A stretch of 64,000 nt of DNA. Origin: Nitrosopumilaceae archaeon. GTDB lineage: Archaea > Thermoproteota > Nitrososphaeria > Nitrososphaerales > Nitrosopumilaceae. A program made the translations under genes and the position numbers. A model generated the notes under the pieces. That model saw nothing but the letters and a program-made list of their open reading frames with translations, was not told the DNA's origin and ran no database searches. Below are positions 30,034 through 40,520 of this stretch, piece by piece; within the stretch, counting starts at the first letter, position 1, and every line of letters starts with the position of its first letter. The stretch is from the NCBI GenBank assembly GCA_965208905.1, contig OZ242365.1, positions 1,184,001 to 1,248,000 of the forward strand. Direction: 5' to 3'.

Positions 30034-31425
30034 TTACTCTTTTAATAACTCTCCAAGTATGCGTAAAACCTCCTGTGGGTCGGCAGCACCACGAGTCTCT
30101 CTCATTATGATGCCTACTAAATAATTGATGGCCGGCGGATTTATACGAGCCTCATGCGCAGCCTGAGGCTCCTTCTGTAATGTGTCTGATATTATATCGT
30201 ATAATTTGGAGGTATCATAACTACTCGCGTCAAGTATGTCATCTATGTCTCCACCTTTTTTTGCTATTTTGTATAATACATCCTTGGCTACGGCCCTTGT
30301 AATTTTATTACTCTTTATCAACGTGGCAATCTTTGATAGATGCTCTGCAGTAATCTGTGAGGCGGCACGTTTCTCCCGAGTATCCATAACCCCCATAAAA
30401 TCAGTGGTTAGAATATTGGCTATTATTAAAGCCGTCTCCGGCGTTAGAGCCTCTTCGAATAAGCGACAACAACGTGTATCTGATATGAGCACATTGGCTA
30501 CCTGCGGTTTTATATTATACTGTTTGATGTATCGCTCCCGACGCGCTGTGGTACTCTCGGGCATATTGGCGGATATCTCTTTTATTGTATCATCATCTAA
30601 ATCCACCCAAGGAATATCTGCCTCTAAAAAGTACCTATAGTCAAGCTCTGCCTCCTTTGTACGAGACGATATTGTAATTCGACGGCGCTCGTCCCAATGC
30701 CGTGTCTCTTGTTGTATTGTAATGTTGTTCTCGTATAGACTGCTCTGTCGTGTTAGTTCATAATGTAGGGCTTTTTCCAGATCGTGGAATGAGTTGATGT
30801 TTTTAATCTCTACTTTGTTTCCGTCATGCACTGAAACATTTCCATCGGCGCGCATAGCACCATCCAGATACGGGTCTGCTATGTCTAGATTCTTTATGGT
30901 GTCTGCCAGCATATTCATAAAACTGCGTGCCTGTCGCGGACTGTCAAAGTCCGGCTCAGTTACAATCTCTACTAGTGGAACACCTGCCCTGTTGTAATCC
31001 ACAAGCGTTGTCTGGCGACCATCGTTGCCTCCTTCATATGTGAGCCTACCGGGATCCTCCTCCAACTGTATACGTCTGATGCGAATCTCTGTACCATCAT
31101 CTGTATTTACTGTGCCGTTACCGCCTATACTGGTGTGACCATATGCATCAAACTGTGTTATTTGATAGTTCTTTGGCAGGTCGGGATAAAAGTAGTTCTT
31201 GCGAAAGAAGGCCAGACTCTCTGGTGTAGTGCAGTTTAGTGACATGGCCAGAGCAACTCCATGTCGTACTGCCTCTGAGTTTAGCAAAGGCAGCGTACCG
31301 GGCAGTCCCAAACATATGGGACATGTATTGGAGTTTGGTGCCATACCTCTGTAGTTGGCCTTGCATGGACAGAACAACTTTGACTGTAATCGGGTCAACT
31401 GACAGTGTATCTCTAGTCCTATTAT
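30034..31425 (-). CDS. gatB: Asp/Glu-tRNA amidotransferase subunit B
   Basis: IGLEIHCQL upstream of the track start, RKNYFYPDLPKNYQITQ, DYNRAGVPLVEIVTEPD; start appears to be ATA. Confidence 0.95.
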   Translation of the reverse strand: MIGLEIHCQLTRLQSKLFCPCKANYRGMAPNSNTCPICLGLPGTLPLLNSEAVRHGVALAMSLNCTTPESLAFFRKNYFYPDLPKNYQITQFDAYGHTSIGGNGTVNTDDGTEIRIRRIQLEEDPGRLTYEGGNDGRQTTLVDYNRAGVPLVEIVTEPDFDSPRQARSFMNMLADTIKNLDIADPYLDGAMRADGNVSVHDGNKVEIKNINSFHDLEKALHYELTRQSSLYENNITIQQETRHWDERRRITISSRTKEAELDYRYFLEADIPWVDLDDDTIKEISANMPESTTARRERYIKQYNIKPQVANVLISDTRCCRLFEEALTPETALIIANILTTDFMGVMDTREKRAASQITAEHLSKIATLIKSNKITRAVAKDVLYKIAKKGGDIDDILDASSYDTSKLYDIISDTLQKEPQAAHEARINPPAINYLVGIIMRETRGAADPQEVLRILGELLKE

Positions 31426-32837
31426 TGCGTATCATCCCCTAATATGTGGCTAAACTGTAGCAGCTTGGCATCCTCCATGGAGTTGGCCATTATCTGTATG
31501 CCCACTGGCAGGCCATCGACTACACCATATGGTATTGATATGGCAGGCTTGCCGGTTAAATTAGCGGTAACTGTATTTATATCAACTAAAAACATGGATA
31601 CCGGATCATCGATCTTTTCACCTATGCGAAATGGCAGTATGGGAACTGTAACTGATATCAAATAATCATACTCCTCAAACGTCCTGTTTATCTCACGCGT
31701 TAATCTACTCTTTACCTTTAGAGCCTTTAAAAAGTACCTACCTGCATATCCTGCCGAAGGAACAAAACCACCCGCTATCATACGACGTTTTACTTCAGCA
31801 CCAAATCTTGCTCGTGCTTTTGTTACATATTGATGATACTCGTACCCTGTATAGTCCATGTCGTATCCGTATCGTATGTTGTCGTATCTTGCTAGATTGC
31901 TGGCCACTTCTGTGGATGTTATTGTATAATATGCAGCGACAGAGTAGTCCACCATCTCTAATGAGACCTCATCACACTGACATCCGTGTGACGACAACTC
32001 TTCTATGGCTTTATTCAGTATGTTTTGTATTCTAGTATCTTTGGATGCCATCTGGCGTATTATGCCAATCTTTGGATTCTCTGTTGCATTGTACTGCTCT
32101 GATAATGATACTGGTGTGGAGTTTGCAGTGGTGTTGTCATTTACATCTGGTCCGGACACTATACTCATACATAGTTGAATGTCTGATATACTTCTGGCCA
32201 TGGGTCCTATCTGTTCTATGCTATTCGCGTACGATATCAAGCCATATCGGCTTATCATACCATATGTGGGTTTGAAGCCTACTACTCCGCAGAAGCTGGC
32301 CGGGTTTCTCACAGACCCACCTGTATCTGAACCTAAAGATATGGCTGATGTATGCGTGGCCACTGAGACGGCACTTCCTCCCGATGAACCACCAGGTACA
32401 ACCTCTGTATTATGTGGGTTGAGAGTGGGCCCATACGCACTAAATTCAGTACTTAACCCCATGGCAAATTCGTCCATGTTGGTCTTGCCGATTATTATTG
32501 CATCCTCGTCTAGTATCCGTCTTATTACGGTGGCATCATACGGTGGCATATATCCATCTAGCATATGTGATGCGCACGTTGTGGGATACTGCTTTGTACA
32601 TATGTTGTCTTTGATGGATATGGGTATGCCTGCTAGACGGCCCACCTTCTCTCCTCTTTGTATACGATGATCTATCTCTTTAGCCTGCTGTATGGCATTA
32701 CTGTTCATATGTAGGAATGCATGCAGATGTGATGTATCTTCTATCTGTTTTAAGGTCTGTCCAATTATATATTCGGCAGTTGTTTCACCGCTTGATATCA
32801 TGCGTACCAACTCAGTGGCCGTCTGCGCAGGTATCAA
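31422..32837 (-). CDS. gatA: Amidotransferase subunit A
   Basis: Amidase signature GGSSGGSA...GSDTGGSVRNPA. Confidence 0.96.
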   Translation of the reverse strand: MIPAQTATELVRMISSGETTAEYIIGQTLKQIEDTSHLHAFLHMNSNAIQQAKEIDHRIQRGEKVGRLAGIPISIKDNICTKQYPTTCASHMLDGYMPPYDATVIRRILDEDAIIIGKTNMDEFAMGLSTEFSAYGPTLNPHNTEVVPGGSSGGSAVSVATHTSAISLGSDTGGSVRNPASFCGVVGFKPTYGMISRYGLISYANSIEQIGPMARSISDIQLCMSIVSGPDVNDNTTANSTPVSLSEQYNATENPKIGIIRQMASKDTRIQNILNKAIEELSSHGCQCDEVSLEMVDYSVAAYYTITSTEVASNLARYDNIRYGYDMDYTGYEYHQYVTKARARFGAEVKRRMIAGGFVPSAGYAGRYFLKALKVKSRLTREINRTFEEYDYLISVTVPILPFRIGEKIDDPVSMFLVDINTVTANLTGKPAISIPYGVVDGLPVGIQIMANSMEDAKLLQFSHILGDDTQ

Positions 32838-33098
32838 CTAGCTCAACCTGGGAACTCGTAGGTGCCCCCGTTTATCTTGAGATTTACACTGTATTGTATC
32901 ATGTGGTATATGCTTATCTGCCCTTAACTGGGATATGTTGATGTGTTGTACTAGTATGGCCTCGTCTTGTACCCCTGCTGAATCTAATACATCAAAGTAT
33001 TCTAACATACGCTGGACTTTCTTTGTATAGTCGTCTTTATCCTCTATGTCTAATCGCATCATGGAGGCTACTTGCTTTATATCGTCTTCTGTTATCAT
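32838..33098 (-). CDS. gatC: Amidotransferase subunit C
   Basis: Size, position between aspS and gatA, LRAD...VPR. Confidence 0.85.
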   Translation of the reverse strand: MITEDDIKQVASMMRLDIEDKDDYTKKVQRMLEYFDVLDSAGVQDEAILVQHINISQLRADKHIPHDTIQCKSQDKRGHLRVPRLS

Positions 33099-33107
33099 AG
33101 TGTATCA

Positions 33108-34412
33108 TCACGGTCCTAATCGGTCCACATCCCGGGGATAAAACACGGCATCTCGAATGTTTTCAGTACCTGTTAAGGCCATCATCAGTCTTTCTAGGCC
33201 TATACCACAGCCTGCATGAGGAGGCATTCCATACTCAAAGGCGCTCAGGTGATGCTTAAAGGAGGCGACCTTCATACCCTTCTTTTTCAAATTTGACTCT
33301 AGAATGTTTTTGTCTTGTACCCTTGTACTACCAGATGATAACTCTAAATCATTATACATTAAATCAAATGACTCGGATATCTTGGGGTTTTTTGCACTCG
33401 TCTTTACGTAGAACGGCTTTGGTCCCATGGGCCAATCCTTGATAAAGTACAATCCCTCTAGTTTTATCTTGCGCAACCAAGATGGGTGCAGATCATCCCC
33501 CCACTCCATATTGGAACCGGCATCTTGTATTCTCTCTGACAGCTCCTGATAGGTATATTGAGGTATTTTGTCTGTATTGGGCGGTTCAAACTTGACACCA
33601 TCATTTTGTTTTACGTACTGCCGTACCGCATCTGCAGCAACCCTTACTACTTCGGCAACTTGACTCATTATATCGTTGTAGTCCACAAACGCCTCTTCCA
33701 TGTCTATGGATATGGCCTCGGCTAGGTGCCGGTTGGTTCTAGATGGCTCGGCCCTAAATATGGATGCTATCTCAAACACCTTCTCAAATGACATTGTAAG
33801 CTGTTCCTTGTATAATTGAGGACTCTGGGCTAGAAAAGCCTCCTTGTCGTAGTAGAATATGGAGAAAAGCGATGCTCCACCTTCAGTGGCCGACGCAATT
33901 ATCTTTGGTGTACTTATCTCTGTAAAATCATTCCCCAAAAAGTAGTTGCGAATTGCTGACAGTACAACACTTCGTGCTCGAAATATGTGCTGAAGTGGTT
34001 CCCGTCTTAAATCAATACATCTGGACTCTAGACGCGTATCTATATTTTTAATTGAGATGGCTGCTGGCTCAAAGGGCGGTATCTTTGTTACTGCAGAGAA
34101 TACATGTACATTATGTGGTATGATCTCTATGCCCCCCGGGGCACGTTCAGATTTGGCCACCTTTCCGGATACGGCAACAGATGAATGATATTTTAGTGTC
34201 GATAATGTATTGCGAACCGAATCTGTACATACTTTTCGTTTTGCCACTACCTGTATTGGCCCATGTCGGTCCTGAATTGTGACAAATGTGATACTCCCAT
34301 GAATCCGCACGGCGATGATCCATCCCATAACTGTTACATCCTGGCCTTCCAGTGAAGGATTTAGGATTGATGACAGATGTGTTCTTCGTACGGTACCTAG
34401 CTCATCTACCAT
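33108..34412 (-). CDS. aspS: Aspartyl-tRNA synthetase (probably non-discriminating)
   Basis: OB fold, LAQSPQLYK, FRAE and GMPPHAG.GIGLER; linked to gatCAB. Confidence 0.95.
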   Translation of the reverse strand: MVDELGTVRRTHLSSILNPSLEGQDVTVMGWIIAVRIHGSITFVTIQDRHGPIQVVAKRKVCTDSVRNTLSTLKYHSSVAVSGKVAKSERAPGGIEIIPHNVHVFSAVTKIPPFEPAAISIKNIDTRLESRCIDLRREPLQHIFRARSVVLSAIRNYFLGNDFTEISTPKIIASATEGGASLFSIFYYDKEAFLAQSPQLYKEQLTMSFEKVFEIASIFRAEPSRTNRHLAEAISIDMEEAFVDYNDIMSQVAEVVRVAADAVRQYVKQNDGVKFEPPNTDKIPQYTYQELSERIQDAGSNMEWGDDLHPSWLRKIKLEGLYFIKDWPMGPKPFYVKTSAKNPKISESFDLMYNDLELSSGSTRVQDKNILESNLKKKGMKVASFKHHLSAFEYGMPPHAGCGIGLERLMMALTGTENIRDAVFYPRDVDRLGP

Positions 34413-34589
34413 ATTTTTACTCTGTTGTGAACTGTATTAATTTCATTGCGTTGTTAGGAACTGTAGCATCTAACGCACCATGTACCTAAGATGTTACAGT
34501 GCCCTTGATGCTAGCAGTAAAGATGATGCCCAGACACATACGACCTATCTGGTGTTCTGTACTGACATGAAACAGATTTTAGCATAATT

Positions 34590-34883
34590 TTAGATGTGTG
34601 AAAGCTGCAACAGGACGGTATTACTATGAACTATCTCGGCACCTGATATGTAGTGGGTCCCATCAAAGACATACTGCATATGCGCAGCTAGTTTTTCAGC
34701 TTCTATAGTGTCGTGTAACACTATGCTGTGCGCCGAGCCATCTTTAAGGGATACAATCATCTCATTACGTATTATATTTAGAACAGATATGATGTACGTG
34801 TTTCCTTTTACTAACACCATGCTGCAGAGTTTCTGCGCCTCGTATTTATCGGCGCATCTTATTTTTATATTCGGTTTCATCAA
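34590..34883 (-). CDS. Hypothetical protein
   Basis: 97-aa ORF overlapping the trpS 3' end. Confidence 0.65.
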   Translation of the reverse strand: MMKPNIKIRCADKYEAQKLCSMVLVKGNTYIISVLNIIRNEMIVSLKDGSAHSIVLHDTIEAEKLAAHMQYVFDGTHYISGAEIVHSNTVLLQLSHI

Positions 34884-35976
34884 ACATAAACTCCTTTATA
34901 TTAACAGACTCGCGTCGATTTTGATGTCTCTCCATATATGTGACCATCGCTTCAATCAGTATCTGTTTTAACTCCCCACTCAACATGGAACCGGATTCGT
35001 ACTCTTCTTTAATCTGATTGATTTTAGAGTCGTTCGGCTCAAAGAACATCCATAGATATAAAAATGATACATCAGACTGCGTATCTCCGCCTAATTGGCG
35101 ATGCTTGGCTACACTCTCCTGTCCTCCTGAGTATGCATATTTGTTTATCTTTTGACGTATCTGTTTGGCCGTATCGGTGGTGTATACTGCCGAGTTTTCA
35201 GAAGATGCAGACATCTTACTACTGGAACCTGTTAGGGAAGGGATCATAATATTGTGAATGAGGGCCGGCTTTGGATATCTCAGGACAGGTGCTATATCCC
35301 GGGTCAACCTAAAGTGGGGGTCTTGGTCAACACCCAGAGGTATCAGGACAGGCCTCTTCTCTAAAAAACAAGGCGCCGATTGCAAGGCTGTGTAAAATAT
35401 CATGCCTATATTAGTATCATTTCCAAAACCAAATGATGCCTTTGTGTTGGAGTAGTTTATCTTCTTTGCAGCCTGCGCAGCCAATGGATATAATGTATTG
35501 ATGTGTTGTGAATTAATCAATATGTGAGTCTTGTCAGGATCAAATCCCAAAGCGGCAAAGTCGCGAGCATTCTGCAGAGCCAAATTGTATGTGTCGTCCA
35601 GAGATAACTTTGAATCCCTGTAAAATTTTTCATCATCGGTGAGCTGAAAGTACATAGTAGCACCAAAACGGCTCTGTAGCCACTGCGCAAACATCCATGG
35701 TATCAGATGTCCTATGTGTGTGTTGCCTGAGGGACCTCGCCCCGTATACAAAAAGAAACCAGGACCATTCTGGTACGAGTGTAGTATGACATCCAGATCC
35801 CTGTGGGAAAAAAATATCTTCCGCCGTAACAGAAAATGGTCTTCACCTGCAGCATCTGCCACCTGACGCCTTATGTCATCTGATATTACGTTTAGTCCAA
35901 ATCTCTCAACCAATCTGGTATAGTCTATGTCCCCTTTGGACTCCCATGGTGTCAATATAAAATCACTACTGTTCAT
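34846..35976 (-). CDS. trpS: Tryptophanyl-tRNA synthetase
   Basis: YTGRGPS..HIGH, DQDPHFR and KMSAS motifs. Confidence 0.96.
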   Translation of the reverse strand: MNSSDFILTPWESKGDIDYTRLVERFGLNVISDDIRRQVADAAGEDHFLLRRKIFFSHRDLDVILHSYQNGPGFFLYTGRGPSGNTHIGHLIPWMFAQWLQSRFGATMYFQLTDDEKFYRDSKLSLDDTYNLALQNARDFAALGFDPDKTHILINSQHINTLYPLAAQAAKKINYSNTKASFGFGNDTNIGMIFYTALQSAPCFLEKRPVLIPLGVDQDPHFRLTRDIAPVLRYPKPALIHNIMIPSLTGSSSKMSASSENSAVYTTDTAKQIRQKINKYAYSGGQESVAKHRQLGGDTQSDVSFLYLWMFFEPNDSKINQIKEEYESGSMLSGELKQILIEAMVTYMERHQNRRESVNIKEFMFDETEYKNKMRR

Positions 35977-36020
35977 ATGACAGCATTTTTTTTGATAAGC
36001 TTTAAAAAAGTATTTGAGCC

Positions 36021-37409
36021 TTGCGCATTATGGACATGGTGTATCACCCACTGGAGGATGCCCTAATTCTACACATGAAGTTAAACGTAGAGTATACAGT
36101 ATCGGACATGGCTAAAAATTCCAATATTGAGATAGATCAGGCAAGACGTGCTACTGAGTGGTTACTGCAAAAAGGGGACATACGGCAGAGCAAACCCCCT
36201 CAGAGAATACTCTATCTGGGTCCCGAGGGTAAAAAAGCTAAAGAGAGTGGACTTGCCGAACAACGCCTATTAAGATACATGCTAGACGGTATACCAACTG
36301 ATACCATACGAGACAGACTAAAAACAGATTGGGGTCCTGCCATTGGCATATGTCGTAAAAATGGATGGATACGCATGGATAAGGGACAACCAGTTATAAC
36401 CTCGTATCCTGACGCAATACCCGATGATGTAATGCTGCAGCTAGACTGGGAGAATGGTGTGGCCGCCGACAGGGTCAACAAATCATTCTCAAAGAGACCA
36501 GGCTTTGTTATATCAAAGATGTCGCCGGCTCAATATGTTTTACCATCCGAGGAGACGCTAAAACAGGCCATACAGAGACAGAACCAAGTTATTCCCAAGG
36601 GCATCAATGTGGAGGCTGATACTGCGGTGTCGTATGCGGCTAGAACACATCCACTCCACGATATAATATCTGAGATACGTGAAATATTCGTCACATTGGG
36701 CTTTGAGGAGATTCATGGACGTATTGTACAGCCCAGTTTTTGGAATTTCGATGCTTTGTTTACGCCTCAGGATCACCCTGCCCGGGAGATGCAGGATACA
36801 TTTTATGTAGAGAATGTACGTGTGGATACAAACGCCATAAATGTAGAGGATGTGGCTAAAATACACAACGAATGTTGGAGGTATGCATGGGATTACAATC
36901 GAGCTACTGCGCCTGTCCTGCGCACACATAATACCTGCGTTACGATACAACATCTGGCACTGACCAATCCCAAGGATGCCCGTATGTTCTCCTTGGGCAG
37001 GGTGTTTCGTAATGAAAAACCAAGTTACAAACACTTAGTGGAGTTTCATCAAGTGGAAGGGGTGGTGGTCGGTCAGACTGTATCTCTAAGAGATTTGATG
37101 GGTATACAGCGTGAGTTTTATCGCCGAATTGGCTTGAAAAAGGTGAAATTTTGGCCTACCTTCTTTCCATATACGGAACCCTCACTACAGTCCATGGTGT
37201 ATAATGAGACGTTGGAAAAGTGGGTGGAGCTGTTTGGTATGGGAATATTTCGTCCCGAAGTTACAAGACCACTGGGGATAACAAGACCTGTTCTGGCTTG
37301 GGGTGGCGGTATTGAGAGAATAGCCATGATGCGATATGAGATGGATGATGTTCGTGAATTTTATAGAAATGGACTGGACTGGTTGCGAGGTGTTCCAATA
37401 CGCCGGTAG
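36021..37409 (+). CDS. pheS: Phenylalanyl-tRNA synthetase alpha subunit
   Basis: NFDALFTPQDHPAREMQDTF, EFHQVEG and FFPYTEPS motifs. Confidence 0.96.
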   Translation: MRIMDMVYHPLEDALILHMKLNVEYTVSDMAKNSNIEIDQARRATEWLLQKGDIRQSKPPQRILYLGPEGKKAKESGLAEQRLLRYMLDGIPTDTIRDRLKTDWGPAIGICRKNGWIRMDKGQPVITSYPDAIPDDVMLQLDWENGVAADRVNKSFSKRPGFVISKMSPAQYVLPSEETLKQAIQRQNQVIPKGINVEADTAVSYAARTHPLHDIISEIREIFVTLGFEEIHGRIVQPSFWNFDALFTPQDHPAREMQDTFYVENVRVDTNAINVEDVAKIHNECWRYAWDYNRATAPVLRTHNTCVTIQHLALTNPKDARMFSLGRVFRNEKPSYKHLVEFHQVEGVVVGQTVSLRDLMGIQREFYRRIGLKKVKFWPTFFPYTEPSLQSMVYNETLEKWVELFGMGIFRPEVTRPLGITRPVLAWGGGIERIAMMRYEMDDVREFYRNGLDWLRGVPIRR

Positions 37410-39037
37410 TTACACTATCGTACCAACGACTATCTGCACTGGTGGGGACATCTGTTGATACCATACAAGACAGGTTGCCTTTTCTAGGTTTAGATATCGA
37501 GCATCAGAATGGGGATGACGTAAGTGTAGAGTATAGTCCAAATAGGTTTGACTACTCTACTGAATTTGGGATCGCGCTGGGACTACAAGGCATGCTAAAT
37601 ATACAGACCGGCATGGTCAAGATGCAGATAAATCCTGCCAGATGTAGTTTGAGAGTGGACAATAGTGTATCAAATGTACGTCCTAGCATAACAGGGATAT
37701 TGGCTAAAGGTCGTACATTAGACGATCATACTATACGTCAAATAATATACATGCAGGAGGACTTGCATCAGGGTCCGGGTCGAAGACGCAAAAGAGTGGC
37801 TATAGGCATACATGATGCAGACAAGATAAAATTTCCCATTACATATACTACTATAAATAGGGACTTTGAGTTTGCGCCACTAGGTAGTACCGATGCCATG
37901 CCCGTACACCGTATATTAAGTGATACAGAGCAAGGTGTGCAGTATGGTCACATGGTTCAAAATCATGATAGATTGCCAATAATATTGGACAAAGATGGAG
38001 TGACAGCCTCCATGCCTCCGATAATAAATTCCAGCTATACTGAGGTGACTGAATCTACCAAGAATCTCTTTGTTGATGTAACCGGGATGAACCAGCCAGA
38101 TGTGGAGGGTGTGTTGGCCATAATTGCCGTAACACTACAAACAGCGGGATATGCCTTGGAACATGTGGATATAAGTGGAGGTACAAATAGAACGCCTCCA
38201 CTGACTCATCGCAAGATAACCTTCGATCATATGGTCTCAAACCGTATACTTGGACTAGATCTGGATATTGATCAAACTGCCCAATGTATAAAGCGGGCCC
38301 GATTGGGTGCAGTTATAGACTATAATAAAATCATATGCATAATCCCTCCATACAGGACAGACATATTTGGTATCATGGATATTGTCGAGGAGGTTGCCTT
38401 GGGATACGGCATAGATAAAATAACACCCACACTTCCAGATGTGGGTACAGCGGGAAGCACAAACATTACCACGACTTTGGAGCGTGTAATGATCGGCCTT
38501 GGATATACTCAAGTAATGAACTCGTGTTTGAGTAGTGTGGCCATACTGTCACAGGGGGGCTCCGCACCCAAGATATCCGTTGCCAACCCTAAAAGCCAGT
38601 CACACACTGTGTTGCGGGGGGCCTTGATGCCCGGTCTGCTGGAGAACTTATCACATAACATACATGAGTCTTATCCACATAGATTGTACGAATATGGTGT
38701 GATCTTTGATATGGAGGGTGGTACTATAGCAGAACGTATGCATCTAGCTTGTGTGACGGCGCACAAAAACTCCACATATTCGGAAGCAAAATCCATACTG
38801 TCTGCAATATTACATCATAATATGGAAATTAATTTAACAACACTCCCTTACAATATGTCCCCATACGAGGCAGGCCGGGCCGCCCGCATACTAAATGATA
38901 ACCAACAGCATATGGGCTACATCGGTGAAATATCCAAAGAGTGCCGGCAGGCATTCAAAATTAGAGATGATATTGTAGTATCGGGTTGGGAAGTCGAATT
39001 AATATTTGATGATAAAGACGGTTTAGTAGCCTCATAG
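37400..39037 (+). CDS. pheT: Phenylalanyl-tRNA synthetase beta subunit
   Basis: PNRFD, QEDLH, PPIINS and R.DI...DIVEEVA motifs; N-terminus xPVVTL begins at an ACG codon. Confidence 0.95.
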   Translation, partial: TPVVTLSYQRLSALVGTSVDTIQDRLPFLGLDIEHQNGDDVSVEYSPNRFDYSTEFGIALGLQGMLNIQTGMVKMQINPARCSLRVDNSVSNVRPSITGILAKGRTLDDHTIRQIIYMQEDLHQGPGRRRKRVAIGIHDADKIKFPITYTTINRDFEFAPLGSTDAMPVHRILSDTEQGVQYGHMVQNHDRLPIILDKDGVTASMPPIINSSYTEVTESTKNLFVDVTGMNQPDVEGVLAIIAVTLQTAGYALEHVDISGGTNRTPPLTHRKITFDHMVSNRILGLDLDIDQTAQCIKRARLGAVIDYNKIICIIPPYRTDIFGIMDIVEEVALGYGIDKITPTLPDVGTAGSTNITTTLERVMIGLGYTQVMNSCLSSVAILSQGGSAPKISVANPKSQSHTVLRGALMPGLLENLSHNIHESYPHRLYEYGVIFDMEGGTIAERMHLACVTAHKNSTYSEAKSILSAILHHNMEINLTTLPYNMSPYEAGRAARILNDNQQHMGYIGEISKECRQAFKIRDDIVVSGWEVELIFDDKDGLVAS

Positions 39038-40075
39038 AGCAGGCACGTAGACGGATCGTGATGAGATATGCCGCATGGTTTGCTGTGAGTCATAGGTTCA
39101 CCCAGACGTGCTACACTGAGGCTCCCCGGTTACAGAATCCATGGAGGGCGTGGCTAGTACCTGTGAATTTGGACGAGTCAGAGCCGGGGGACAATATTTG
39201 TGATTGGCACAAATAGACAATTAAATTTCATACTGTAACATATGATCAAATATTATACTATTCAATAATTTTTAGACATTAAATATGAATTTGGCTATAC
39301 TCCAAACACAAATCTCAAAAATAGCCATATATCCGTGTAAAATAACACCCAAAATTGTTAATAGGACGATCTTTTTTTTGATTAATTAATTACATCAATC
39401 TTACCTAGTATAATGATGTTCATATAATTTCATAATGTGTATCACCACAGTAGTGATCACGCAGTGTCGTATATAGACGCCATGTCGATATACTCAAACC
39501 CTAGGTTGTCCCAAAACCTACCGCCACATTCTATATACTTGTGCTGCTGCTTTTTCCACGACTTGTCCGTGTGCCAACCTTCACAAACATTTTTTTGTTG
39601 TGACACTTCTACCTTGTCCCACTGATGGTCTGCCCCTCTACATCATCCTACAGCTAGATTTTCTCTTGAGCATTATTGGTTGTCCCATTACAACAATTCA
39701 TTTGCACCGATGTGGTATGTACACTCGCATATGGGCTTATTACAAATAACACTATGTACTATCTACTCTCAGAATATATGTTCCACCGGTCACTATCCAC
39801 GCTTTTTGTTTATGTGTGCCTGTTATGAATTTCTATATCTTATATCTACTATAAATATTACTAATATTTAAGATCATTAATCCAATTTTATTGACCAACA
39901 CTAAACTTTGGAGATGTTCATTTTTTTGACTCTGTATTTTTCCCACATTCTGTATTTTAGAAACCAAGAACAAACCTCTGCATCTGAGTTATGATACACT
40001 ATATAATTAGTAGTTTAAAGTGTTATACTACATTATGATCTATATTTATGGAAAAATACTGAACTTTATAACCGC

Positions 40076-40516
40076 TTGTTGCATATTGAATTTATGAAGA
40101 TAGATCAGCCCATGGATCCAGACTATGATGCCGTCAGTGTGGGATTTGTAGGGTTTGCAGATCCATACGCGATGGAGGGTATTAGTATTCTAGAGACCGG
40201 TGATGGCCGTGAATTTCATATGAGGGCATTCTCTGGCGAGGTGGCTAAATTCATGTCCATGTATGTTGCAGGGATGCAGACGCCAGTACCATCTGTATAT
40301 AACATGATAAATGACATATGCGAGATGAATGATTTGACACTGGTCAAAGTAAAGATATATGAGTCTGGTCAAGCATTACGTGCTAATCTATACTTTAAAG
40401 GTCGTACCGAGATGGTACTGCGCAACTATAGGGCATCTGATGCACTAGCTTTGGCAACATATTTGGGCGTGCCTATTTTGGTACGTACCACACTACTAAA
40501 GAAGATGGACTCCTAG
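40076..40516 (+). CDS. Bifunctional nuclease (DUF151) family protein
   Basis: RASDALALA...VPILV motif. Confidence 0.8.
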   Translation: MLHIEFMKIDQPMDPDYDAVSVGFVGFADPYAMEGISILETGDGREFHMRAFSGEVAKFMSMYVAGMQTPVPSVYNMINDICEMNDLTLVKVKIYESGQALRANLYFKGRTEMVLRNYRASDALALATYLGVPILVRTTLLKKMDS

Positions 40517-40520
40517 AAAG

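Noticed and set aside
39400-39900. Short ORFs in the AT-rich spacer after pheT
   Set aside because: No motifs or consistent frame; possibly an eroded gene but not identifiable.
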